NCBI GenBank assembly: GCA_951406725.2
Contig: OX597830.1
Span: 70,494,001 to 70,558,000 of the forward strand
Length of the DNA stretch: 64,000 nt
Direction: 5' to 3'
DNA from: Octopus vulgaris
Lineage: Eukaryota
Of the stretch, positions 28,462-42,309 are shown in pieces. The position numbers were made by a program, and so were the translations under genes. The notes under the pieces are model-generated. The model was not told the origin of the DNA. It made no database searches and saw only the letters and a program-made list of their open reading frames with translations. Each line of letters starts with the position of its first letter. Position 1 is the first letter of the stretch.

Positions 28462-28808
28462 CACGCACACACATGTGAGTGTCGAAGAAAGCAGGATATG
28501 TCAGTCAAAAGCAAATACTATCTTTCTGAGTCATAAAACACCGATATAAAAGACAAAAAAAAAAACCCCACAGTAAATGATTGGTGGACGATGAAAAGAG
28601 AGAGAGAGAGAGTGAGGGAGAGAGAGGGGCGGAGGATGGGGATGCAGGGAGAAAGAAAGAGGTGAGGAGGAATGAAGATACAGATTGATAAATGTGTATG
28701 TGTGTGTGTGTGTGTGTGTGTGAGTAAGTGTGTGTGCGCCCACGCGCTTTTTCAAGGTGGTGTCCCAGCATGGCCGCAACTCAGTGACTGACACATATAC
28801 ACACACAG

Positions 28809-28867
<59 letters not shown>

Positions 28868-28912
28868 ACACACATATATATATATACATATATACATATA
28901 TACATACTGATG

Positions 28913-28970
<58 letters not shown>

Positions 28971-29398
28971 GTATATATATATATACATATATATATGTAT
29001 ATATATACACATATAAATATATATATATGTATATATATATATACATATATACAGGCACAAATGTTTAAAGACTGGGGTGGAGAGAGAGGAGGAGAAAAGG
29101 AGAGATGGAGAATTAAGTGAGGGACGGGAGGTGATGGAGATAACACTATGGCAAGAAACAACGCTGTCAACATCAACAACAGCAACAACAACAGCGAAGA
29201 CACCAAAGACCAGATAACGAAGATGATAAAACAGGGTAACAACTACTGCTACCATTGCCATGCCCCGACTAGAAACCTCCACCCCAACCAGTAACCTAAC
29301 GGCCAATACCACTACCACTATCACCACATGTATAATACTATCATACTAACCACCTTTGCAACGTCTGAATTAGTGTTCACGGGGAGGTCTCCCTTGCT

Positions 29399-29699
29399 TA
29401 GTGATTTTCAACCGAGATCCTTATAAGATTTGGTGGTGTTCGAACAAGCAAAATAGAATTTGAGGACCCACAATAGTATATCAATGGTCCATGAAAAAAC
29501 AGCCGGGTTTCTTTCTCTAGCGTTTTACATAGTTCAACATACACAAGGGATTGAGTGAATAACAAATTAGCAATTTTGAAAGAAGTGTCTATAAAATTTG
29601 GTTTTTAAGCATGGAATGTCAATGTGGATCCACCAGAATAAAATAGTAATCAAAGGGGTCCATATATATATATATAAAGCAAACGTTTGAAAACCACTG
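29399..29699. mobile_element. Possible hAT-type MITE, degenerate
   Basis: Ends tagtgattttcaac ... tttgaaaaccactg resemble CAGTGGTTTTCAAC-type TIRs; no TSD recognised. Confidence 0.4.
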
Positions 29700-30954
29700 C
29701 TAGAGTCTAGCTAGTCGTGTGTCCGGTTAGGAATAGTAGCTAAATTTTCCTCAAATTCCACTCCTTTTGTCGCCTGCGAAACAAGAGGAGCACATAGGTG
29801 ATATGGATCCCTGATACACTCATCAGAATAAAAGACGATATGGTCGCGGTTGGAACGCCTTTGATCATCGCTGATCAGATGCACAACATTGATAGGAATT
29901 GAACTAACATATGAGTGTCAAGTTGGTAGCAAGGATTGCAAGGAAAACCAGCTAAATCCCCTTCAAATGCGAAGCCTTAATATCTTAAATAAGCTAAGGT
30001 CAAATTATGGTTTGTGCTTGATTTAAATAGTAAGTACTATGAAGTTCTTTACGCAGGCAAAAGAAGGAGAGGTCAAATTGGGTAATGTAATCATAGAGAC
30101 TCTACCAAAATGATAGAATGTTCGTGGGAAAGATATTAGAATGTGTCCGTAAGCACCAAAGAAATCACTTTATGCTTGCTAAAATAATATACTAAGTGGT
30201 TTATATGATCGGAAACAAATGTTCATGGTATCATAGTGAGGATCTGATCAAAGACTTTGCAGTTAAAAAAGAGTAAGAAGAAACGTTTCCTATATGAATA
30301 AAATGGAAGAATACAAAAATAAACATTATTTTCCATCTTACTGTTAGTTTTGCTTCATTTGGAAAAAACAAAAAATTATTTCATGGTTTATTATTGTTTA
30401 TTTTTGAATTATATATATATTGGGGCACGAACGTCTTCTAATTGCTTAGGGCCTCAATGGGTCTTAATCCGGGACTGGTCACAGGTTTACTCAGAGTTGA
30501 ACATGTTTAAAGGTTACGTTAAAAGAACTAATGTCTGTGGAATACTCTGCCGCATACATTGTATTGTTATTGTAGTTGTTGCTGTTGTTGTCCCCTCCTC
30601 AGGTCTGTAATGATCCAAGAGAACATGATGCAATGACTATTTCTGCCAGGCTGTGAGACCACTTAATGTTTCAAACTTTGGTTCTTCTGCGTAGAAACAA
30701 CGGAAAAAAATAACCGGCTTCGAACGAATCATTTTGCTCTATGCATTTAATACTCCCACGATCGTTTGCACAACTTAACACACTCACATACACGTACATA
30801 TGCATCAAAATCAATACACATGTATAACGGCTTCAAATTATTAACGTTAAATTATTTAAGGGAACGTTATTTATTTATTCAGCACTTTTGGGGAAACATG
30901 GTTAAAGAATAGATGAATTCAGATGTCTTGCAGCAGAAACACATACTCTCTTTT

Positions 30955-31159
30955 TTTACTCTTTTACTTGTTTCAGTCATTTGATTGCGGCCATGCTGGA
31001 GCACCGCTTTTAGTCGGGCAAATCGACTCCGGGACTTATTCTTTGTAAGCCCAGTACTTATTCTATCGGTCTCTTTTGCCGAACCGCTAAGTAACGGGGA
31101 CGTAAACACACCAGCATCGGTTGTCAAGCAATGCTAGGGAGACAAACACTGACACACAA

Positions 31160-31210
<51 letters not shown>

Positions 31211-31376
31211 TACGACAGGCTTCTTTCAGTTTCCTCCTACCAAATCCACTCACAAGGCATTGGTCGGCCCGGGGCTATAACAGAAGATACTTGCCCAAGA
31301 TGCCACGCAGTGGGACTGAACCCGGAACCATGTGGTTGGTAAGCAAGCTACTTACCACACAGCCACTCCTGTGCCT
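30955..31376 (-). mobile_element. Full-length SINE group C
   Basis: All group C modules present. Confidence 0.92.
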
Positions 31377-31451
31377 ATATATATGCAGTTTTCAGCCTTC
31401 CTTGTCCTCACACTAGAAGACGTGTATGTATTACGTAAATCTTATCTTGAA

Positions 31452-31768
31452 ATCATTGGTCTATCTTGAAATAATATATATATAAAGAAAACAGAACATG
31501 GAGAAATATTGATGAACAACGATTAACTTACATCAATTATTATTTAATTCCATACAAATAGACTACATCCCTTGTAGTCTATTTGTATGGAATTAATAGA
31601 TAACAATTAATGACATCAATATTTCTTCATTTTATGTTTTCTTTACATTTTGATTCTTGATAAACTCATGTTTATCCTTGTCTTTACCTAAAATTTATGA
31701 GCGTAATATGTTTGCATATGGATGACCCTTGATTAAAGATAGGTTATATACCGGTAGTGTAATGGATA

Positions 31769-31771
<3 letters not shown>
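31452..31771 (+). repeat. Left arm of an approximately 320-bp inverted repeat (partner 33934-34255)
   Basis: Near-identical reverse complement of 33934-34255, with internal hairpin ttaattccatacaaatagactaca-tccct-tgtagtctatttgtatggaattaa. Confidence 0.93.
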
Positions 31772-31825
<54 letters not shown>

Positions 31826-31828
<3 letters not shown>

Positions 31829-32340
31829 GTGAGCAAAAGTGTGCGTACGCCGCTATGTGTATATATAAATCCAAAACATGGAACAAGAACGCAATGGACG
31901 ACAATAAAACATCCGGATAGACGGTACAAAGACGAACAGGAAGAAGCGAGGACGGGTCATTCGCAGCTTTCCCTCCTCAGTCAAGTTTCCTTACAGTTTC
32001 GGCAGGTTACCCTTGAGACTGTTCAAATCTGGCTGGTTCCAAATATTTAAGCTAAGAGTATTAAATATTTTGAGAGAAAGCCAGTCAATGTGTACGATAA
32101 CAAAGACAAAAATACGGAGAAAATGTTACACAATTACAAATACAAAGAACAAGAAAATAACAGAGGTGTCTTTCGACTAATAAAGACAGATCAATTTGAG
32201 CTGGCGTGTGTAGAGTGGAAGCCTAGAAGCAGGAACATAAGGAATGAACATAAGAGATGAAAGTCAAGAGACAGGAACATAAGAGATGCTTCGCGGCCGG
32301 CAGTCGAGCCAAAAGAGAAATATGTATACATGACGAAAGA
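31826..32340. mobile_element. (TA)n-flanked interspersed element, family E
   Basis: Shares gaacaagaacgcaa...gacgggtcattcg...ggtgtctttcgact with 38355-38668 and, inverted, with 55568-55728. Confidence 0.7.
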
Positions 32341-32341
32341 T

Positions 32342-32373
<32 letters not shown>

Positions 32374-32533
32374 CGTATCTTTTACCTCTTTCTACCTGCG
32401 GCTATGTTGGGCACGCACCGCCTTGAACATAAGGAATGAACATAAGAGATGAAAGTCAAGAGACAGGAACATAAGAGATGCTTCGCGGCCGGCAGTCGAG
32501 CCAAAAGAGAAATATGTATACATGACGAAAGAT

Positions 32534-32588
<55 letters not shown>

Positions 32589-32657
32589 GTATCTTTTACC
32601 TCTTTCTACTTGTTTCCGTCATCAGACTGCGGCTATGTTGGGCACGCACCGCCTTGA
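32233..32657. repeat. 192-bp-period tandem duplication
   Basis: gaacataaggaatgaacataagagatgaaagtc... at 32233 and 32425. Confidence 0.92.
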
Positions 32658-33112
32658 ATTTCTTGTCGAATAAATCGACCCCAGTACTTATTTTTTAAAC
32701 CTGCTATTTATTTTATCGGTCTCTTTTGCCGAACCGCTAAGTTACGGAGACGTAAACTCACCAACACCAGTTATCAAGAGGTGACGGGGTGGAGGATAAT
32801 CACTGACACACTCACAAATACGCACACATACATGTGTGTGTGTGTGTGTGTGTATCAGGCACGTACCGTCAGTAATTACTCAGGATAGGCTGTTGGTGAC
32901 GTTTATGTAGTAAAACACGCAAAAAATAAGCGAAAAACAATTGGAGGCAGAATTACTTCTGCCTTTATAGCACGTAGCGAAAACGTTGTTGTAGGAATGT
33001 GCGCATCGTGTGTACTACAGCAGCACTATGCGTAGTTTTAATACTGAGATTGAAAGGCACGGGTGAATTATGCCTACATAATACACAAAAAATAAAATAT
33101 TTGGTGTGATAC

Positions 33113-33156
33113 GCACGGACCCGGGTTTCTGAGTATTTACCCGTCGTCAGCGCTGC
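33113..33156 (-). ncRNA. Minimal type I hammerhead ribozyme motif
   Basis: Minus strand: gcagcg-CTGACGA-cgggtaaatactca-GAAA-cccggg-TC-cgtgc. Intact core, GUC triplet, palindromic stem III. Confidence 0.75.
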
Positions 33157-33420
33157 ATAGTAATCAGACTAACCTTCATAATTTTATTGAATCAGGTGCA
33201 TATTTTGCCATAAAAGGAAAATGTAACTATCGATCTATTTTATTGAGTGTAGGCACTGCCTACTTTGCTTACTCAAGCAGCAAGTCCCTGATATATGCGC
33301 GAAAAGGTGTTGCTCTAGCAACCAGCTAGCTTGCTGTAAAACTCTTCTGTTGTTGATATTTTGTTTCCTTCGGTGTATCAGGATGGCCTCAGAGATCCTA
33401 AGGTCATCCTGATACCCCGT

Positions 33421-33547
33421 TGTGCACTGTGAATTCCCAGGTTTGGCATTTCCGTAGATGTTTCACGCATAAAGGAATACATGGAAGCATAAACTTCCGT
33501 GAAGAAACATCTACGGAAATGCCAGACCCAGGAATACACAGTGCACA
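33421..33547. repeat. 44-bp inverted repeat with 39-nt spacer
   Basis: Arms 33421-33464 and 33504-33547, 4 mismatches. Confidence 0.9.
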
Positions 33548-33590
33548 GCAGGGCAACACGCGCCTCCACAACACACACACACATACACAT

Positions 33591-33621
<31 letters not shown>

Positions 33622-33711
33622 TATATATATATATTCAAACTGTGACTGCGTGTGTACCGTTGGCGATTTTTTTCCTCTGTCTTCCCTTCTCTGGATCTTT
33701 CCTTCTCCTAT

Positions 33712-33746
33712 GTTTCCGACGAAGAGCTCCGCTCGAAACGTTAAAC
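33712..33746 (+). ncRNA. Minimal type I hammerhead motif (U4C core variant)
   Basis: gttt-CCGACGA-a-gagc-tcc-gctc-GAAA-cg-TT-aaac. Perfect stems I and II with palindromic AACGTT stem III, in a segment of about 210 bp bounded by (TA)n on both sides. Confidence 0.7.
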
Positions 33747-33933
33747 CCTCCTTCTTTCCTTCCTTCCTGAGCGTCCAATAATACTATATTTGTTCCACGT
33801 CCTCGCGTTGTTGTTTTTTTTGTGCTTTCATGTTTGGATTAACTTTATATATATGTATATATATATATATATATATATAAAGAGAGAGAGAGGTTAGCTG
33901 AGTTAGAGGTTAAAACAACTGTCTAAGCGATAG

Positions 33934-34255
33934 AAGTATCCATTACACTACCGGAATATAATCTATCTTTAATCAAGGGTCATCCATATGCAAACATATT
34001 CTGCTCATAAATTATAAGTAAGGACGAGGATAAACATGAGTTTATCAAGAATCAAAATGTAAAGAAAACATAAAATGAAGAAATATTGATGTCATTAATT
34101 GTTATCTATTAATTCCATACAAATAGACTACAAGGGATGTAGTCTATTTGTATGGAATTAAATAATAATTGATGTAAGTTAATCGTTGTTCATCAATATT
34201 TCTCCATTTTCTGTTTTCTTTATATATATATATTATTTCAAGATAGACCAATGAT
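33934..34255 (-). repeat. Right arm of the approximately 320-bp inverted repeat
   Basis: Reverse complement of 31452-31771. Confidence 0.93.
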
Positions 34256-35805
34256 ATAATCGTCGATTTTTACAATTCTGTAAATATTGTAAGCGATCAC
34301 CGCAAAATGACTAAAGAAAATAGTCCAATAATAATGGAGCAAACAAGCCCTCGATGGAAAAAATGAAACAATGGGAAGTAAAATTTACACGAAAATATCC
34401 ATTAGCTGAAGTATCGAGGGAGAGCAAAACTGCTATTTCTAGCTAGAAGTATCTATTTCTCGAGACATTGAATGTAGATACTTTAAGGACAGAAAAAGGA
34501 TGACAAAAAAAATGATTAAAGTTGAACCCATTAAATTCTTTGTTTTATCTTCTTCGGTGTTTGTTCGCTTACGTTGCTTTCAGAGGATTAAGGTACTGAT
34601 ATGAAGGTTCTTTTTTTTTTTTTTTAGTTTGAGCCCTCTCAATGATTTCGTCGACTTTGATACAAAGATATTCTTTCTATAGTTGTTGATTTGCTTTATC
34701 AATTTCGTTGTTCAAAATGGTGGCCGAATTGATAGTTGGGTAGGACTACTGTCCCCTTACTCGAATGCTATGGTGTTTTTCTTATCTAAGTCTATCAGTC
34801 TGTGGAGCCGGCAACCTCGGTCATTTTTATCCGACCGCTTCATAGATCTTACCATTTCAACAACTCGTGATTTCTGTTCTATTATTTATGTTACAAGTGT
34901 TATTATTATCAACCCCGCTTTCCTATTCTGTTATTTCTTCATATTCCTTTAGTATTATTTTATCATACTACGGTGAACCTACGTATTAAATCAATGTTAG
35001 TTTATCTGCAAGTTGATTTCATGACCCAGTTTTTGGTACGCTACGAACTTTCCCTCCCTTCATCGAAGGAAGCCGCTAGCCAGTAACACCAGAAGGTCCC
35101 AATGTGGTCACCCAATCTACTAATAATAGTAGTCAAGTCTTCGTCAAATCGCATTATGCCGTCTTAAAAACAAAAGAAAAACACGGACAGTTTCGGTTGG
35201 AACACTTTCGAGAATAGTTCTGCTTGTACAGTGCTGATTCGGTGGAGGGATGGGTTAAATAACAGGGACCATATAAACAATCTATTTGTTTTTTTATACA
35301 TGCATCAAATGTCAGTTTTCTCGAGTCAATGTGAGAAAATCTTTTGCGCTATAGTTCGACCCGTTAGAAGTAGAAGGCAATTTTTTTCAAAACACACTCT
35401 ATTCTCTCAAATAAAGGACAATGTGGTTCTTGGTATACAAATAGAGAAAATGGTAATGTCTGAGAGGTCTTAGAATAGGAAAGCCTTTTGATTTGGAAGG
35501 TGTTTGATGGGATTGTTTAAAAATAAAAGAATAAAAAAGATTCATATTTCTTTAAGAAACTATACAGTAATATTCCCTATATTACCTCAGTGGATCTTTG
35601 AAGCCATTTGCTTAGTTCTTGTTACGCGTGAAGTGCTTTACCGTTAAGCTAAACTGCCCAGTAACGAATTGTTCTGCAATTTTAGAAATAAATTATTTCT
35701 GCATGTTTCAATACATCTGAACGCTTCTTAAGCAAGCTTTGTTTGTTTACTTTCATCGTATGTTGAATATAAAATATAATATTTTGGTATGATAAAGTTG
35801 TAGTT

Positions 35806-35860
<55 letters not shown>

Positions 35861-36013
35861 CAGTAGTAGTGGTGGTGGTAGCAGTAGTGGTAGTAGAAGT
35901 AGTGGTGGTGTTGTGGTGTTGGTGTTGTGGTGTTGGTGTTGGTGGTGCTGGTTTTAGTGGTAATGGTGATAGTAGTAGTAGAGGTGGTGATGGTGGTGGT
36001 TGCGTCAGTAGCA

Positions 36014-36059
<46 letters not shown>

Positions 36060-36951
36060 TAGTAGTAGAAGTCTATTTTCTAACGAAACGGAATAGGTAT
36101 TTCGCGACTCAAATTTTGTATAAGAACATCCAACATCCTTAATGCGTCTAAAATATTCGCCGTTCCAATTCCAGCTCCGAAAAGTTGGCATTTAATTTCA
36201 TTTGTCAGGGGAAAAAAGTGTCAGCGAGAGAGAGAGAGGGGGGGGAGAGAAATTTAAAGAGAGAGAATGAAGGAAAGAGAGGAACAAGTGAAAGAGAGGG
36301 GCTGGAAGCAAGAAAAACTATTTAACGCGTTTCCTTGTAATTTGACATTCAAACTTCATTTCATGCCTAAACCACTTATTTTTTTCCCCGTCCGTTATCG
36401 ATGCTATAAAGAAGAAACGTATTAGTGTTGCTGTTATTATTATTGTTAGTTTCTCCATTTTTCATTCATTCACTTTGTTTTTGCCATCAAGAAAAAAAAA
36501 GAATCACCAACATTCGTTTTCTTATTTATTTATTAATTTTATTTATTTTTTTTTTTCAGGATAAATATACTTACTAGTTGAGTGATTCGAAATTCAGCCA
36601 CGACACACATGTTCTAATATTATAAAATCTGTCCGAATAACAGAAAAAAAATGGCTGAAAAATGTTGTTTTCCCCGCTCTAATGTAATATCAGTGGCAGA
36701 GTTTCCGAACGAAGTGGGTTTTCTGTTGTTTGTATTACAATTTTTTTTTCATTTAATTTTATTTTATTTACCAAGTTACTATTTATATGAGATCTCATTG
36801 GTAAGTTGTATGATACAGAATCTTGGAGAAAAGAGTAGTTTCGATAGAACATTACAAAATTACTAAACAATAATTCTTTTATTCTTTTATTCCTTATTTG
36901 TTTCAGCTGGAAGCTGTGGACATCCTGGGGCACGACTATTATTGTTAATGC

Positions 36952-37176
36952 TTACTCTTTTACTCTTTTACTTGTTTCAGTCATTTGACTGCGGCCATGC
37001 TGGAGCACCGGCTTTTTTAATCGAGCAACTCGACCCCGGGACTTATTCTTTTGTAAGCCCAGTACTTATTCTATCGGTCTCTTTTGCCGAACCGCTAAGT
37101 AACGGGGACATAAACACACCAGCATCGGTTGTCAAGCAACGCTAGGGGGACAAACACAGACACACAAACACACACA

Positions 37177-37225
<49 letters not shown>

Positions 37226-37383
37226 GACGGGCTTCTTTCAGTTTCCGTCTACCAAACCCACTCACAAGGCTTTGGTCGGCCCGATGCTATAGTAGAAGAC
37301 ACTTGCCCAAAGTGCCACGCAGTGGGACTGAACCCGGAACCATGTGGTTGGTAATCAAGCTACTTACCTCACAGCCGCTCCTT
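36952..37383 (-). mobile_element. Full-length SINE group C
   Basis: All group C modules present. Confidence 0.92.
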
Positions 37384-37765
37384 GTATATTTTAGACACAT
37401 TTTTCGACTTCGTCTTTGAAATCGGTCTTATTCTCTTTTCGGGGTCGACTTTGCTTTTCATTCTTTCGGGGTACCAGTTGAGTTCTGGGGTCGATGTTAT
37501 TGACTTTTCCTCTGCTGCGAAACTGCTGACCTCGAGCCAAAAGTTGAAACTATTATTTAAATATTCAATTTTGGTGGAAATTAAGAAAAATATTTTGAAA
37601 TACATAACATCCTCTCCGTCGATGGCTTAGCTGACCGAAACTTCAAAGTCACTATTAACAACATTCTTGTATAAGAATAGTAAACTTGTACTCTACAAAA
37701 GTATAGATAAACCCATAAGATTAATGTAAAATTGTTATAACCGAACATAAAATCGAGCATTAATA

Positions 37766-37837
<72 letters not shown>

Positions 37838-37940
37838 TTATCTATCTATCTATTTATCGATCTATCTATCTTTCTATCTATCTATCTGTCTATATATCTA
37901 TCTCCCTCACGATACACACACACACACACACAGACACACA

Positions 37941-37975
<35 letters not shown>

Positions 37976-38276
37976 ACACACACACATATATATATATATA
38001 CGACAGAAAATTCACTCACAAGGTTTTGGTCAGCCCGGAATTATAGAATAGTTACTTGTCCAAGTTGCCACAATTTGAAACTGCGTAATTGGAAAGCAAA
38101 CTTCTTTAAAAAAATCCCTCCTGGGGTCGATTCGGTTGTCTGAAACCCTTCAAGACGATGCCATACTATCATATTATGGCTTCATGATGGCTGTCCACTC
38201 GCAACCGACTATTAAGAACATTTTGCACCCTTGTGGCTCTGCTGCTGCCTAATGAGCCTGAACTTGATAAGTTTAA

Positions 38277-38339
<63 letters not shown>

Positions 38340-38354
38340 GTATAAAAAAAAATA

Positions 38355-38666
38355 TATTAAAATACAAAATGGGACAAGAACGCAAGACATTCAAATAGAC
38401 GATACAAAAAAAACGGATGGGTCATTCGAAGCCTCTAATCTTTAGTCAAAAATCGGATCATCCTCACAATTTCGCTCCGATCCGGCCAGCCCCAAGGAAA
38501 AAACTAAGCTACAAGCATTAGATTTCTTGGAAAAAGGATCGAATGTATACGAAACAAGGACAGAAAAACGGACGATGCCACACGAATATAAATACAAAAA
38601 AACAATAATAATAATAACAGGGCAAAAACAACAGGTGTCTTTCGACTTTAGACAGTTCAGCTTAGC

Positions 38667-38668
<2 letters not shown>
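38355..38668. mobile_element. (TA)n-flanked interspersed element, family E
   Basis: Similar to 31826-32340 and 55568-55728; (TA)n on both sides. Confidence 0.7.
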
Positions 38669-38698
<30 letters not shown>

Positions 38699-38966
38699 TA
38701 CATTGATACATTGATACATACATACATACATACATATGTGATGTGAGTGTGAGTGCGTGTGCGTGTGTGAGCGTGTTTGTGTGTGTTATTTAAAACTGTT
38801 TGTTAACTGAGCCCGGCAAGCTAGGTTTCTGTAAGAAACATACAAAAATTTTAAGCTGCATGGGGCCGAATAAAACTGTTTGAAATAATAATAAATATAA
38901 CTCCTACTAAAAGTGCTGCGTATTGCTTTCTTTCGTATGTCCACTCGCAAGCATGTACTTACGTAT

Positions 38967-39034
<68 letters not shown>

Positions 39035-40994
39035 CATAAATACACACACAAACAGACACATGCAAATACACATACATACACACACACATATGTATGTATT
39101 TATATATATGTATGTATGTGTGTATGTATGTATATAAGTGCTTGTGTGCTTATATCTATATATAAATGCATTCAAACATCAACGTTTCACCATTGGCCAT
39201 ACAGTCTTTTCAGACAGTTTTTCTCTGACTACAAGGCCGAACATGTCGCATCACTCTTACAGATAACAAAGTGTCATTTGTATGAGAAATGGCTGCCATA
39301 TCTATTATGTTGAGTGACCAGCCATACGGAAGCTTTCCCTCACTCTTACTTTCTCATTGGCTCATCGCTCCGGCTTCATGTACAAGTCAATAGAATTGAT
39401 CGATCATCCTTTGAAGGATATCTTTAATCGATTTAGATATATATTTACATAAACCTATAGGCGACACTCACGTATCTCTCGAAGCCATTATCCACGTCAA
39501 TTGTGTATTCTCTTATTCGTGGACACGTTTCCGCTTATTGGTTATGACTGATATCGAAACTGGTTTGCGTACTCTTCTGGCGGGGAACTTACTTCTTATC
39601 CAGGCGTTAACGGCATTAAGTAAAGAAAGTAACGATTGCTCACAATGTCAGAAGGCCAAGCACAAGTGTTTGTGTGTGATGTGTATATGTATAATATATG
39701 TCTCTGTGTTACGTATGTATATAGATACATACATATACATACACATATGCTTACATATAGATATGCGTATATGTATTTGTGAGTCTCTGGGTGCATGTGC
39801 GACTGTATGTATTTCAAGTGAGTGAAAGAGAGACAGAGAGAGAGAGAGAGAATGTGAGTGAAGGAAAAGGTAAGGGTGGAGTAAAGGCTGATGGAGAGGC
39901 GGCATAAAATAATCGGTTGTATTGATCCTAGTCGATGGAATCGACCCTTTTCGACTGCACTGTCAAGGAGGTAAAGCCATATTTATTGATTAAAGTATTA
40001 AAAAGCCAGAGTATATTCAAATATACGTTAACGAAAAACTATGTTAACCGATGACTAATATCAATTTTTTTTTTTTACTTTTTTTATTTTTTTACTCCGG
40101 CTTGTACGGGAGATAACTCCGAAGGCAAATTCGCCTTTTTTTGAAAGCACATCAGTGACGTATAGCCTTATTGTGTGAACTATAAAGTTTTTGAGACTCC
40201 TTACCTCTTGATATATAAGAAAATATCAATTGCTTTGCTTTTATTATTATCATCATCAAAACGATATTATTGTTTCTAACAATACGGTGTGTAAATGGTT
40301 TTATCAACACTAGTTATTTTTTTCTTCTTTTTATTATAATCATGCCGCCGAGATCGGCTTTGCTTTTATACACTTGGGATCGATAAAATAAGTAACAGAT
40401 GAACACTACAGTCGATATCACCTACCTCGGCCTCCTCTCAAAATTGCTGGCTTTGTGACAAAAAATTAGAAAGAAATTGTTATCAGAACAATCATGATAG
40501 TGAAATTGCTTCTTTGAAGTTACTTGTTTAACACTGCTGACAATAAATATTCTTTTCATTCTGGTCGTCTACTTAAACTCAGTTATACTTTGTGCCATAA
40601 AAATGGTTCATTTTGTACAAAAGATATTTAGGCGAGACCTGTCAAACTCATGCAAGAATTTTCACATTGGTGTTGACACTCAACCGTTTGCTTGTCCAAA
40701 TTTTTTTCCTAAGTTTGTCCTAAATATCCGTCAGTGTTTTCAGACTTTTAGTTAACCCTTGTTTCATATTTACTAAATAATATAAAGCTTGCCTTCCATA
40801 CGTCCCAAGTTACTCTGGTAGTTGAAAAAACAAAGAACCAAAAAACTGGGGATGTGTATCATATATAATGCATGAAGACCAGGGAAAACATCCGGTGTAA
40901 CATGTAATATAGAGAATAGAGGGAGTGTTAAGAATCATGAGGGATAAAATGTCAAGTCTTGGTTGGCCAGCTGAGCTCAGAATGTGGATGGATG

Positions 40995-41346
40995 GAAGCA
41001 CTCTGTCGGTTACGACGACGAGGGTTCCGGTTGATCCGATCATGAAATTAACGTGTAAGTGGCTGAGCACTCCACAGACACGTCTACCCTTAACGTAGTT
41101 CTCGGGGATAATCAGCGTGACACAGAGAGTGACAAGGCCGGCCCTTTGGAATACAGGTACAACAGAAACAGGAAGTAAGAGTGAGAGAAAGTTGTGGTGA
41201 AAGAGTACAGCAGGGATCACCACCATCCCCTGCCGGAGCCTCATGGAGCTTTTAGGTGTTTTCGCTCAATAAACACTCACAACGCCCGGTCTGGGAATTG
41301 AAACCGCGAGTCCGCTGCCCTAACCACTGGGCCATTGCGCCTCCAC
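40995..41346 (-). mobile_element. SINE group D (head 1 + tail X)
   Basis: Reverse complement of 45683-46060. Confidence 0.88.
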
Positions 41347-41408
41347 ACTCAGAATGTAACTGTATACTGTAATGCTTTTAATTCAATGTTCTGCCACAAA
41401 AATGTTTA

Positions 41409-42092
41409 GGCGCAGGACTGGCTGTGTGGTAGGCACAGGAGTGGCTGAGTGGTAAGTAGCTTGCTTACCAACCACATGGTTCCGGGTTCAGTCCCACTGC
41501 GTGCCACCTTGGGCATGTGTCTTCTTCTATAGCTTAGGGCCGACCAAAACATTGTGAGTGGACTTGGCAGGCGGAAACTGAAAGAACCCTGTCGTATATA
41601 TGTGTGTGTGTTTGTGTGTCTGTGTTTGCGCGCCCAACATTGCTTGACAACCGATGCTGGTGTGTTTACGTCCCCGTAACCTAGCGGTCCGGCAAATCAG
41701 ACCGATAGAATACGTACTAGGCTTACAAAGAATACGTCCTGGGGTCGATTTGCTCAACTAAAGGCGATGCTCCAGCATGGCCACAGTCACATGACTGAAA
41801 TAAGTAAAAGAGTAGAAAAGAGGATGGCGGAATGAATAACTTCGGGTCTTTTTTTCGTATATATGTATGTATGTGTATATGTTTGTGTGTCTGTGTTTGT
41901 CCCCCCCCCCACATCGCTTGACAAAACCGATGCTGGCGTGTTTACGTCCCCGCCACTTAGCGGTTAGGCAAAAGAGGGCCCGATAGGCTTACAAAGAATA
42001 AGTCCTGGGATCGATTTCTTCGAGTAAAGGCGGTGCTCCAGCATGGCCACAGTCAAATGACTGAAACAAGTGAAAGAGTAAAAGAGCAAAGA
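41409..42092 (+). mobile_element. Full-length SINE group C followed by a second 3' half
   Basis: Duplicated head start at 41409 and 41432; second 3' module at about 41860-42092. Confidence 0.88.
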
Positions 42093-42309
42093 GAGAAATA
42101 GCAGTTAATATACATCACCGTATCTGGATTACTTTGCTCTGTCAATTCAATGTTTATCGTTTTTTTTATGTCGAATATATTAACAGTTATTTCATTCATA
42201 AATCGACGACGCATATTTTTTTTACAACAATCACTCGTTGCAAACCACTCAGAATGGCGAAGATGTTATTGCTGTTGTAATTGTTGAGCCTCCAGGTCAG
42301 TCATAAGTC

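Noticed and set aside
32605-32630. CTGATGA-cg-GAAA-caag-TA on the minus strand
   Set aside because: A chance variant of the SINE C tail (cagtcaaatgactgaaacaagta); stems I and II are absent.
35079-35125. Faint similarity to the reverse complement of 5S rRNA
   Set aside because: Too short and too divergent to support a 5S pseudogene or SINE3 call.
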